64,000 bases of DNA. Source: Candidatus Binatia bacterium. Lineage in GTDB: Bacteria; Desulfobacterota; Binatia; Bin18. The notes below the pieces were generated by a model. The model was given only the letters and a program-made list of their open reading frames with translations. It was not told where the DNA came from and ran no database searches. The position numbers were made by a program, and so were the translations under genes. Of the stretch, positions 38,834 through 47,904 are shown piece after piece. Location: NCBI GenBank assembly GCA_963666315.2, contig CAXXHG010000043.1:1-64000 (forward strand), given 5' to 3'. Numbering within the stretch: the stretch's first letter is position 1; every line of letters starts with the position of its first letter.

Positions 38834-40831
38834 ATGACACATCTCGGTACTCTCGCCCTCTATCTCGCCGGTCTTTTGTCCGCTTACGCTATTGTGACCA
38901 GTCTGTGGGGGGTTCGAACGCGTCGAACAGCATGGACAGCAAGCGCGACACAGGCCGCCTATGCCGTGTGCGGCTGTGTGGTCGTCGCGTCAGCAGCTCT
39001 TATGCATGCCTTGGTGACGCGGGACTTTAATGTCGAATACGTCGCGAGTTATTCCAGCTCAACCCTCCCCATCCAATATACTATCGCCGCTTTTTGGGGT
39101 GGACAAAAAGGATCCTTGCTTTTTTGGACTTTCGTTCTATGCCTGTTCTCCGCCATCGTTCACTTCCAGAACCGGACAAAAAACCAAGAGTTGATGCCGT
39201 ATGTGACGGCGACGCTCATGACCATTACCCTGTTTTTCATCGGCCTGTTGTGCTTCATCACCCCGCCGTTTGAACGATTAGCCTTTATCCCCAGCGAGGG
39301 GTCTGATCTCAACCCGCTCTTACAGAATTACTGGATGACCATTCATCCGCCCGCTCTGTATCTGGGCTTTATTAGCGCATCGGTTCCCTTTGCCTTTGCC
39401 ATGGCAGCCCTCGCTACAGGGAAACTTGGTGACGTGTGGATCCGCACGACCCGACGCTGGGCCTTGACCTCGTGGTTCTTTCTCTCTCTGGGTAATCTCC
39501 TAGGAGGACGTTGGGCGTACGAAGTCCTCGGTTGGGGCGGCTACTGGGCCTGGGACCCGGTTGAAAACGCCGCCATTATGCCGTGGTTTACGTCCACGGC
39601 CTATCTGCACTCAGTCATGATTCAAGAGAAGAAAGACATGCTGAAGGTGTGGAATATGGTCTTGGTCATCCTCACCTTTGCACTCACGATTTTCGGAACG
39701 TTTCTGACGCGTAGCGGCGTGGTCTCGTCCGTCCATTCTTTTACCCAGTCCGGCTTGGGTCCGTATTTTCTGACATTCTTAGTCCTCGTCTTGGTCGTCT
39801 CTATCGGTTTACTCCTGTACCGTCTCCCCGAACTCAAGAGCGCAAACGAACTGGACTCCATGCTGTCGCGTGAGGCGGCCTTTTTGTTCAATAATCTCAT
39901 GTTAGTCGGTCTTGCGTTCGCCACGTTTTGGGGGACGATCTTTCCTATTCTTTCAGAGTGGGTGCGGGGAGTGAAAATTACAGTTGGCCCGCCGTTCTTT
40001 AATAAGGTCAACGGGCCGCTCGGCGTCATGCTGCTATTCCTCACTGGGATCGGACCGATTATTGCCTGGCGACGGACAAGTTGGACTAGCCTGAAACGAC
40101 AGTTCACCATTCCGCTGCTGACGGGTCTGACGACGGGCCTGCTGCTCTTCCTCCTTGGCTACCGTCACTATTATGCGCTGGTCATTTTCTCCCTGGTCGG
40201 ATTTGTGTTGGCGAGCATTCTCATCGAGTTTTACCGCGGTACTCGGGCCAGACAGGAGATGCTGCACGAAAGCCCGCCCCAAGCCTTCGGTCGCCTCGTG
40301 GGGAAGAATCCACGCCGCTACGGCGGGTATATCGTTCACATCGGAATCGTCTTGATCTTTTTTGGAGTGGCGGGTGCATTTTTTACAATTGAAAAACAAA
40401 TAACCGTAAGCGCTGGTGAAGCCTTCGATGTCGGGCGCTATACGCTCCACTATATGGGCATGCGCGAGCACGATGATGCCCATACCTCTTCACAGATCGC
40501 CACCATACAAGTCCTCGTCGATGGTCGGCAGATTGACACCATGCATCCAGAGAAGCGTTTTTATAAAAAACAAAACCAACCCACGACGGAAGTTGATATT
40601 CGCTCGACCTTGGTGGAAGATCTCTACCTCGTCTTTGGCGCGTACGACGCAGCCTCAGGCCTGGCAACGTTTCAGGCTTTTATTAACCCCCTCGTCTCCT
40701 GGATCTGGATCGGTGGGCTTACCTTGATCCTCGGTACATGTGTCATCATGGTCCCGAATCTGGCTGAACGACAGGCATTTGCGCTGGCCCGAGCAGCGGC
40801 AGGCATACGAGGAGAGCCGGTTGCGGATTAA
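38834..40831 (+). CDS. ccmF: Heme lyase CcmF
   Basis: LNPLLQ..WM.IHPP, WAY.VLGWGGYWAWDPVEN, LTRSG..SSVHSF, GYIVHIG. Confidence 0.97.
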   Translation: MTHLGTLALYLAGLLSAYAIVTSLWGVRTRRTAWTASATQAAYAVCGCVVVASAALMHALVTRDFNVEYVASYSSSTLPIQYTIAAFWGGQKGSLLFWTFVLCLFSAIVHFQNRTKNQELMPYVTATLMTITLFFIGLLCFITPPFERLAFIPSEGSDLNPLLQNYWMTIHPPALYLGFISASVPFAFAMAALATGKLGDVWIRTTRRWALTSWFFLSLGNLLGGRWAYEVLGWGGYWAWDPVENAAIMPWFTSTAYLHSVMIQEKKDMLKVWNMVLVILTFALTIFGTFLTRSGVVSSVHSFTQSGLGPYFLTFLVLVLVVSIGLLLYRLPELKSANELDSMLSREAAFLFNNLMLVGLAFATFWGTIFPILSEWVRGVKITVGPPFFNKVNGPLGVMLLFLTGIGPIIAWRRTSWTSLKRQFTIPLLTGLTTGLLLFLLGYRHYYALVIFSLVGFVLASILIEFYRGTRARQEMLHESPPQAFGRLVGKNPRRYGGYIVHIGIVLIFFGVAGAFFTIEKQITVSAGEAFDVGRYTLHYMGMREHDDAHTSSQIATIQVLVDGRQIDTMHPEKRFYKKQNQPTTEVDIRSTLVEDLYLVFGAYDAASGLATFQAFINPLVSWIWIGGLTLILGTCVIMVPNLAERQAFALARAAAGIRGEPVAD

Positions 40832-41285
40832 ACGGTTACTCTGTTTCCCCTTGGTTGTGTGTGGCTTTTCTCTCGCACTGGCCGCAGCCCCGACCAATAA
40901 GGCGGTTGAGGAATCGTTGACGTGTCAGTGTAGCTGCGGCCTGACCGTCCACAGTTGCAATCACCTGCAGTGTGGTTTTGCTGTTCCGGCAAAAGAACAG
41001 ATTGCGGAACAAATCGACCAGGGGAAGTCTCAAGACGCCATCCTGACCTCTTTTGTGTCTCGTTATGGGGAAAAAGTCTTATCCGCGCCAACGACTTCCG
41101 GGTTCAACCTGGCGGCGTGGGTCACCCCGTTTCTCGTGGTCCTCATTGGCGGGGTGGGCATAGGCCTGATCAGTCTGCGCTGGACAAAACACCGCCCGCA
41201 AGACCAACCGTCCGCTCCACCTTCTGACGAGCCGAATCCATATCGGGAACGGCTGCAAAAAGAACTGGATGATTTTGAAGGCTGA
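40821..41285 (+). CDS. ccmH: CcmH-like protein, Cys-rich variant
   Basis: GAGGAG SD plus TTG 40821; signal-like N-terminus; LTCQCSCG...CNHLQC, then FVSRYGEKVLSAP...WVTP and a TM. Confidence 0.72.
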   Translation: MRIKRLLCFPLVVCGFSLALAAAPTNKAVEESLTCQCSCGLTVHSCNHLQCGFAVPAKEQIAEQIDQGKSQDAILTSFVSRYGEKVLSAPTTSGFNLAAWVTPFLVVLIGGVGIGLISLRWTKHRPQDQPSAPPSDEPNPYRERLQKELDDFEG

Positions 41286-41311
41286 ACAGACGGTGAGAAC
41301 GATTGAGGACT

Positions 41312-41635
41312 ATGACTTTCCTCCTATATGCTGTTGGTCTTCTTTTCGTTGGTATGGTTGCCGTATTCGTGGCCTTGCCTTTACTCACTGCGGGCACTTC
41401 TCTTAGGCAAGCTTCCTCACCCGAGGATCACGCGGATCAAGCGGCCCGTTGGGAGAAACAAAAAACCGATGCCTATGCGGCAATTAAAGAAGCCGAGTTT
41501 GACAAACAGATGGGCAAGCTGACCGAGGAAGATTATCAGCTGACTCAGCGGAAATATGAAACCCGCGCGGTAGAAGCACTCACGCAATTGGACCGTCTAG
41601 AACAGTCAGGGCAGGAGCAGAGTAAGAAAGGGTAG
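41312..41635 (+). CDS. CcmI-like short protein (TM plus coiled helices)
   Basis: TM, then AIKEAEFDKQMGKLTEEDY...KYE, resembling the CcmI N-terminal region; lies in the ccm cluster. Confidence 0.6.
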   Translation: MTFLLYAVGLLFVGMVAVFVALPLLTAGTSLRQASSPEDHADQAARWEKQKTDAYAAIKEAEFDKQMGKLTEEDYQLTQRKYETRAVEALTQLDRLEQSGQEQSKKG

Positions 41636-41646
41636 AGCGAGTCTGC

Positions 41647-41850
41647 CTAGCGGAGCTTGAGATCGAATGCCTGTGGGCCTTTTTCACCAGGCCTGACCTG
41701 AAACTGAACCTCCTCACCCTCGCGTAGATCTTCAAAAAAAACTTTTTCAGCTAAACGGGAGCGATGGAAAAAGATATCATCACCCCCGTCATCGGAAGTG
41801 ATAAAGCCAAATCCACGCTCCTTCACAATCTTCTTGATTACGCCTGTCAT
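41647..41850 (-). CDS. Cold-shock domain protein
   Basis: RNP motifs RGFGFI and DIFFH, GEKGPQA; GGAGG SD. Confidence 0.92.
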   Translation of the reverse strand: MTGVIKKIVKERGFGFITSDDGGDDIFFHRSRLAEKVFFEDLREGEEVQFQVRPGEKGPQAFDLKLR

Positions 41851-41978
41851 ACCAACCTCCCTTCATACATACAAGAGAATTTCCTGTGCGCTGTCAAGCA
41901 AACAGAAAAACGGGCGGCCGATACGGCCGATGTGGAACCAAGACCAGCCTCGTCAAACACGGACAAACATGGACAAGC

Positions 41979-42701
41979 ATGGAAATGAGCAACTGGGTCA
42001 TCGAAGCACATAATCTCCAAAAGACCTTCGCATGGACGCCGGTCCTGAACAACATAGCATGCTGCATTCGCCCCGGCGCTAGTGTAGGCATATTCGGACC
42101 CAATGGGGCAGGAAAAACGACTCTGCTGCGACTCTTTGCCACGCTGCTCAGACCAACGGCGGGAACCCTTACACTCTTTGGTATTGATCCGCTTGATCCG
42201 GCCATCCGCCGCAAGATCGGATTTCTGGGGCATGACAGCTTCCTGTATCCCGATCTGACCCCAGAGGAAAACCTCACGTTTTACGGAAAGGCCTATCGCC
42301 TCCCCAATCTCGCCGACCGGATCGATGAACGCCTTGAACAGGTGGGCTTGCAAGACTGGCGCACAACGCCGGTGCGTCATTTTTCACGCGGTATGGAACA
42401 GCGCCTCGGCCTGGCGCGGGCTCTGATACATGAGCCGGATCTGTTTCTACTCGACGAGCCTTATACCGGCCTCGATATGCAAGCTGTCGCAATCCTAGAC
42501 GACACATTGACCAACGCTAAAGCCCAGGGGAAAACGGTGGTCTTCACCTCACACGATTTCAATCAAAGCCGGGAGCTGTTGAGTCAGGTCATCATTCTGC
42601 ATCGCGGTCATATTGCCTGGCAATCTGCCGACACGCTCCCATCCGCTCAGGAGTTCATCCAGATCTATCATGCCTGCACCCAACGCACCGCCTCATGTTA
42701 G
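41979..42701 (+). CDS. ccmA: Heme ABC exporter ATPase
   Basis: GPNGAGKTT, LYPDLT..ENL.F, FSRGM.QRL, LDEPYTGLD; next to ccmB/C. Confidence 0.9.
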   Translation: MEMSNWVIEAHNLQKTFAWTPVLNNIACCIRPGASVGIFGPNGAGKTTLLRLFATLLRPTAGTLTLFGIDPLDPAIRRKIGFLGHDSFLYPDLTPEENLTFYGKAYRLPNLADRIDERLEQVGLQDWRTTPVRHFSRGMEQRLGLARALIHEPDLFLLDEPYTGLDMQAVAILDDTLTNAKAQGKTVVFTSHDFNQSRELLSQVIILHRGHIAWQSADTLPSAQEFIQIYHACTQRTASC

Positions 42702-43348
42702 CCATTCTCTGGAAAGATATTCTTATAGAGCTGCGGACCAAAGAGCGCGTGTCCTCTCTGCTTGTGTTGGCCATTCTCATTGTCTTGGTGTTTGTCTTTG
42801 CCCTCACCCCAGAACAACTCAAACGCCCAGCCTTGGGGGCTGCCTTGCTCTGGATTGCGCTCATATTTGCCGGTATGCTGAGCATCCAACGGGCATTCAT
42901 ACTGGAACACGAACGCAACTGCATCGATGGGCTCTTACTGTGCCCGATCGATCCGGGCCAGTTCTTTTTTGCGAAGTTCTTGAGCAACGTCTTTTTTCTG
43001 ACCCTCGTTGAAACAATCGTGACGCCCCTTACTATTGCGCTTCTCGGTATCCCTTTTTCCGCTTCTCTCCTTGGCCTGCCCTTGGTCCTCCTGCTCGGTA
43101 TCGTTGGTTTCTCCGCCCTCGGGACGTTGTTTGCTGCCATAACAGTTCGCACTCGGGCGAGAGAGATCTTGCTCCCTTTGATGCTCCTGCCCCTCCTCGT
43201 CCCCCTCTTAATCGCCGTCGTTCAGGTCACGGGGGCACTTTTAGCCGGAGATGTCTGGACGGGGGTGTGGTTACGCGTCTTAGTCGCTTTCGACGTTATT
43301 TTTGTTGTCACCAGCTGGCTGACGTTTGGTTTTGTTTTGCAAGAGTAG
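42695..43348 (+). CDS. ccmB: Heme exporter permease CcmB
   Basis: AILWKDILIELRTKE, RAREILLPLMLLP; about 6 TM. Confidence 0.9.
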   Translation: MLAILWKDILIELRTKERVSSLLVLAILIVLVFVFALTPEQLKRPALGAALLWIALIFAGMLSIQRAFILEHERNCIDGLLLCPIDPGQFFFAKFLSNVFFLTLVETIVTPLTIALLGIPFSASLLGLPLVLLLGIVGFSALGTLFAAITVRTRAREILLPLMLLPLLVPLLIAVVQVTGALLAGDVWTGVWLRVLVAFDVIFVVTSWLTFGFVLQE

Positions 43349-43376
43349 AGATTCAGGACGCTATACTGGAGTTCTC

Positions 43377-44063
43377 ATGAAAAAATACCCGCCGTTCAAT
43401 AATGTTATCCTGGATGTCATCTTGCCATGGCCCACCGCTGCCGCCATGCTGACTGCGCTGGCCATGGTGTTCCTCTATGTCCCAACCGAGCGGGTGCAAG
43501 GTGCCGCGCAGCGTATTTTTTATTTCCACTTGCCCTCCGCCTGGATGGCATTTCTGGGCTTCTTTATCGTTGCTGGGGCCAGCGCAGCCTTCTTGTGGCA
43601 GGGCAACCGTTCCGCTGACTTGCTGGCGCGGGCGGCCGCTGAAGTCGGCATGGTATTCTGTACTCTTGTCCTGCTGACCGGGCCGATCTGGGCACGGCCT
43701 ATCTGGGGCGTCTGGTGGACGTGGGACCCACGGCTAACCATGACCCTGGTACTCTGGCTTATTTATGCCGCCTATGTCCTGCTGCGCGTCTTTGCCGGGG
43801 ATACAGAAACGGTTGCCCGGTATGCCGCCGTACTCGGTATTATTGGCGTTATCGATATTCCCATTCTCTATATTGCGATTCGTCTGTGGCGCGGCATACA
43901 CCCCAAAGTCGAACAAATGGCACCCGAAATGGCCTGGACACTCCTAGTGTGTACGGGAGCGTTTATGTGTTTGTTTACATGGCTATTGTGGCTCAGGTTG
44001 CAGAGTTTACATTTGCGCGACGATATCATTGCGCTGCGCCAACACATACTGACCTCATCGTAG
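43377..44063 (+). CDS. ccmC: Heme transfer protein CcmC
   Basis: RIFYFHLP, TGPIWARPIWGVWWTWDPRLT (WWD domain), WRGIHP. Confidence 0.93.
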   Translation: MKKYPPFNNVILDVILPWPTAAAMLTALAMVFLYVPTERVQGAAQRIFYFHLPSAWMAFLGFFIVAGASAAFLWQGNRSADLLARAAAEVGMVFCTLVLLTGPIWARPIWGVWWTWDPRLTMTLVLWLIYAAYVLLRVFAGDTETVARYAAVLGIIGVIDIPILYIAIRLWRGIHPKVEQMAPEMAWTLLVCTGAFMCLFTWLLWLRLQSLHLRDDIIALRQHILTSS

Positions 44064-44076
44064 AAAAGGAAAGGCT

Positions 44077-44226
44077 ATGTCGTATCTCTTTGCCGCATTT
44101 AGCATCGTGTGGATCGTGATTTTTCTGTACGTACTCTCCATTTCACGTCGCCAGCGCGCGCTCGCGCGGGAAGTCGAGACGTTGCGTCAGATGACACAAA
44201 AAGAGCCGTCCTCGCCTTCTTCATGA
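44077..44226 (+). CDS. ccmD: CcmD-family small membrane protein (not in ORF track)
   Basis: AAGGAAAGG SD; MSYLFAAFSIVWIVIFLYVLSISRRQRALAREVETLR..., 49 aa, directly after ccmC. Confidence 0.8.
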   Translation: MSYLFAAFSIVWIVIFLYVLSISRRQRALAREVETLRQMTQKEPSSPSS

Positions 44227-44230
44227 GGTA

Positions 44231-44535
44231 TCATGAGGATTGTTGACTCTTCTTATTTCCTAGCGGATCGAGCTCTTCAAACAGTTCGATTAACACGCTT
44301 GCCGTCCGCGCAGGGTCGTGGCGCACGAGCGAGGTTGCGGATATGACGTCCCCAAACTTCACGACTTTCACCCCAAGGTTGTAGAGCGCCCCAAATTCGT
44401 CCCGTAAGCGTCCCGAGTCCCCGTCCGAATCCATCACCGTAACGATGGATTCTATCCACACATCTTCATACGTCCCGAGGCCGGACAAAATGCCAAACGA
44501 GCCGGTCCCGCCACCGATCACACTCACCGCCGCAT
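44231..44535 (-). pseudogene. YvcK/CofD-related gene remnant with large internal deletion
   Basis: N-terminal VIGGGTG...IVTVMDSDGDSGRLRDEFG joined directly to C-terminal LVRHDPARTA..L; about 100 aa versus about 320 aa for the family. Confidence 0.75.
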
Positions 44536-44567
44536 ATGCCTCAGTTCACCGCCTGTGTCTTGCGCGG

Positions 44568-46751
44568 CTACGCTTGTGCCCATTGCATCAGTTCCGCCAG
44601 CACAGGACTCATGGTCCCCTCTTTACTCCACTGCTTACACAGTGCCGTAAACGGTACTTTCAGCGCTGGCAAAGGATCTGCGCCCGGGATCATGGCCGCG
44701 CCTTCTTCTCGAAGCCAAGAAAGGGCTTTGTTCAGGCTAGTAAAGTTTCCTGAAAAAAGCGCTTGTCGAAACTGCGGAACCATATATTGATCAAAATACT
44801 GCTTGCGCTCAAGATCAATAATATCGGGCAGTAGTAAGCTTACCTCACTCAAGCGGCAGTCAAGATAAGCGAGCAAATCATTGTAGACGTGTCCGGCAAC
44901 CGTTTCTGCCTTGGTCCGCACCTCGTTCAAGAGCACCCTGCCTCGGAGGGAGGCAGCTTCCTCTTGTGGCAAAAGCTGACAGTAAAATTTGAGTTTCGGT
45001 TCTGTCCCCGACGGACGGATAATCACGACACATGCATCCGTAAAAACTTGCAGGACATTCCGAGGCAGTTTATCCGTCTCACTGACAAAGGGCCCAAAGC
45101 TGTCTTCATCCCAGTAATCGATCATCTTTGTGACCGCATATCCCCCAAGCTTGTGTGGCGGTATGTCGCGCAAGGATTGCATAATACGATCCCGGCGTAA
45201 GACCCCCTCCGCGCCGACCATCATGATGGAACGATTAACATCCGCATATCCGCCCAACTCTTCCAGAATATGGATGTAGTAGTCGAGCAGGGTTTTGCCT
45301 TCTTGGCGCAGTTGTTGGTATAACGTGGCCAAGTACAGACAGGCCGGCGCCGCATCTTTATCTTTAATCTCCGAGGTAAACATCCCGCCATGACTCTCCT
45401 CCACAGCCAACACTAATTGCTCGGGAGAACACCGCACATTTTTATAGCGCCCCGCTCGTTCGAGCTCTTTTAAGACAGAGGCGACGTATTTGAAGCCGAC
45501 GAGGAGATCGTCAACGATCCAGGAGTCACCGGCTTGCTCGACGATTTTGCCGATCAGCTTCGTAGTCACTAAGGTCTCAATAACCAATCCCTTGCGCTGT
45601 GGGCCTTTGGGGTCCAGCATCAGAAAATAACACAGCACTGAGGCGATCTGGTTGCCATCAAAATGATACCACAAGCCATCCGGCAATTTGACCTCAAGGC
45701 CGATCCGGTCTGCGTCGGGATCACTCGAGAGCACTATCCCTACTCCCTGCTCATCCGCAAATGCCTTTGCCGGATCAGTTGCCTGAGGAACTTCGGGGTT
45801 TGGGGCTCTCAATGGAATGACGCCAAAGGTCCCGTCCGGCCCCTGATCGGGCGGGGTCAATACAGGAAAATCCAGTCGTTTGAAGACATCGCCAACAGTC
45901 GTGAGCCCGCAGCCACTCAGCGGGGTGAATACCACAGGACTCTCCTGTTGCGGCGTATGAATTCCGCCGTATAACTGCACATACATCTCAACATATTCTT
46001 CGTGCAGTTGGCCTGGAATGCTACGAACCATTTCTTGGCCCAGCGCCTCATCGAATGCAAGCAGGCGAATGTCAGTTGCCTGATCCATAATATCGACGAG
46101 GCGTTGGTCGTCCGGAGCAACGGGCTGACTCCCGTATTGATCATAGACCTTGATGCCATTATCGTCGGGTGGATTATGCGACGCGGAAAGATTAATCCCG
46201 CCAACCGCCCCCAACTTACCAATCAGATAGGAGAGTTCCGGTGTTGTCAGAACCGCCGCATCGTTTTTTGGCTCGGCAAAGTAGACGACAATGCCATTCC
46301 CGGCGTAGATCTCACACGCCAATTTGCCTAGTGAGCGGGACGAGACACCGAGGAGCGGATGGTCATTGCCAAGAAATCCGTACACTCCGGCAACATCCTG
46401 GAAGACGCGCACATCGTTCGCCACGACAACGGCCATGTCAGTTCGGTCAGGAAAAATAGACTGCAGATACTGACAATGCCCTTGTACGGTCATGGCTACG
46501 GTTGTCGGGTTCATACGATTCGGTCCATAGCCGACTCGTCCACGTCGCCCGCCTGTCCCAAACGGCAGGATCTGCCAGAAAATATCAAACACCAGAGGCA
46601 TATATTGTTCGTCGAGATGTTGTGTCAGGATTTCCGGATAGGCGTATGGGACCTTCCCGGCCAGCCAGCTTTGGAGCTGCGCGGCCGCTCGTTGTCCAAG
46701 GGCTCCGTACTCGTGTCTTAAACGTTCACATAGCAACCGTAAGTTCGACAT
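44568..46751 (-). CDS. Phosphoglucomutase/phosphomannomutase family protein with terminal extensions
   Basis: FGTGGRRG, SASHNP, DPDADR, VGFKY, EESHG, RPSGTEPKLKFY. Confidence 0.9.
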   Translation of the reverse strand: MSNLRLLCERLRHEYGALGQRAAAQLQSWLAGKVPYAYPEILTQHLDEQYMPLVFDIFWQILPFGTGGRRGRVGYGPNRMNPTTVAMTVQGHCQYLQSIFPDRTDMAVVVANDVRVFQDVAGVYGFLGNDHPLLGVSSRSLGKLACEIYAGNGIVVYFAEPKNDAAVLTTPELSYLIGKLGAVGGINLSASHNPPDDNGIKVYDQYGSQPVAPDDQRLVDIMDQATDIRLLAFDEALGQEMVRSIPGQLHEEYVEMYVQLYGGIHTPQQESPVVFTPLSGCGLTTVGDVFKRLDFPVLTPPDQGPDGTFGVIPLRAPNPEVPQATDPAKAFADEQGVGIVLSSDPDADRIGLEVKLPDGLWYHFDGNQIASVLCYFLMLDPKGPQRKGLVIETLVTTKLIGKIVEQAGDSWIVDDLLVGFKYVASVLKELERAGRYKNVRCSPEQLVLAVEESHGGMFTSEIKDKDAAPACLYLATLYQQLRQEGKTLLDYYIHILEELGGYADVNRSIMMVGAEGVLRRDRIMQSLRDIPPHKLGGYAVTKMIDYWDEDSFGPFVSETDKLPRNVLQVFTDACVVIIRPSGTEPKLKFYCQLLPQEEAASLRGRVLLNEVRTKAETVAGHVYNDLLAYLDCRLSEVSLLLPDIIDLERKQYFDQYMVPQFRQALFSGNFTSLNKALSWLREEGAAMIPGADPLPALKVPFTALCKQWSKEGTMSPVLAELMQWAQA

Positions 46752-46881
46752 ATCCCATCCTATACAGAATACCTTTGCAGAAAGGCCGGCCCGGTCTTCT
46801 TTTCTTGATCGGGAGTATCCCTTTTTTCTGCAAGGAATACAGGCTCCACGGTCAGGTCGGCAGCTGTCCGATCTGTTTGGT

Positions 46882-47862
46882 CTACTGAGCCATCTCCGCC
46901 GCCAGGGTCAGAGCAGCCTGCATACTGCGAGGACTGGCTTTATTTTGACCAGCAATATCAAAGGCGGTGCCATGATCAGGTGAGGTCCGCACGATGGGCA
47001 AGCCTAGGGTTACATTTACCCCGTCTTCCCAAGCCAGCAATTTGAGTGGAATAAGCCCCTGATCATGATACTGACAGATCACTCCGTCAAATTCGCCTTT
47101 CACCGCACGCACAAAAACGCTATCTGCAGGAAACGGCCCTGCCACCCTCAGACCCTGAGTCCGCGCCCGCTCCACCGCGGGTTGAATCAGCCGCTGCTCT
47201 TCGTCTCCAAACGCACCCGCTTCTCCGGCATGCGGGTTGAGCCCGGCAACGGCCAGCCGAGGATGTGGGAGTCCGTGGAAGCGGGATAAATGGGCAGCCG
47301 CCAAAACTATGGTTTTCTCTATACGCTCGCAGGAGAGCGTCTGCGGTACCTGGGCCAAGGGTATATGCGTGGTCACAAGCATCACCCGAAGCTGCTTCCC
47401 AACCAGCATCATCCGCACGTCACGGCTCTCAGTCAACGCGGCCAGGAGTTCCGTATGTCCAGGGTAGTGATGACCAGCCGCATGCCACATGGCTTTGCTG
47501 ATCGGCGCCGTCACAAGCCCATCAAACGTGTTGTCCAGGGCGAGCCGGATGCCGGTCTCTACATATCGGTACGACGCCGCCCCACCGGAGGGACTCGGCC
47601 GGCCTGGAATACGCTCCTGTGCGGTAAGCTGAGAGAGCATGAGTACGGGCAAGTCTTGCGGTGACGTCGGGTAGGGCTCCCCCACCTGCCACGCGCACGG
47701 AACCAGTGCGGAGCCCAGGTGGGTCGCCGTCTCCTGCAGGACGGCAAGATCACCCAGAACAACAGCCCGATAGTGGACAGGCGCGACCTGTAGAGCTTTC
47801 AGCACCACCTCCGGGCCTATCCCCGCGGGGTCGCCCATGGTCACGCCAAGCACGATTGCCAT
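46882..47862 (-). CDS. pdxA: 4-hydroxythreonine-4-phosphate dehydrogenase
   Basis: MGDPAGIGPE, TAPISK, GHTE, GLNPHAGE, YHDQGLIP, RTSPDHGTAFDIAG. Confidence 0.95.
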   Translation of the reverse strand: MAIVLGVTMGDPAGIGPEVVLKALQVAPVHYRAVVLGDLAVLQETATHLGSALVPCAWQVGEPYPTSPQDLPVLMLSQLTAQERIPGRPSPSGGAASYRYVETGIRLALDNTFDGLVTAPISKAMWHAAGHHYPGHTELLAALTESRDVRMMLVGKQLRVMLVTTHIPLAQVPQTLSCERIEKTIVLAAAHLSRFHGLPHPRLAVAGLNPHAGEAGAFGDEEQRLIQPAVERARTQGLRVAGPFPADSVFVRAVKGEFDGVICQYHDQGLIPLKLLAWEDGVNVTLGLPIVRTSPDHGTAFDIAGQNKASPRSMQAALTLAAEMAQ

Positions 47863-47904
47863 GATGTTGAAGGAAAGAAAACGATGCCGTTCAAACGGGA
47901 GCAA

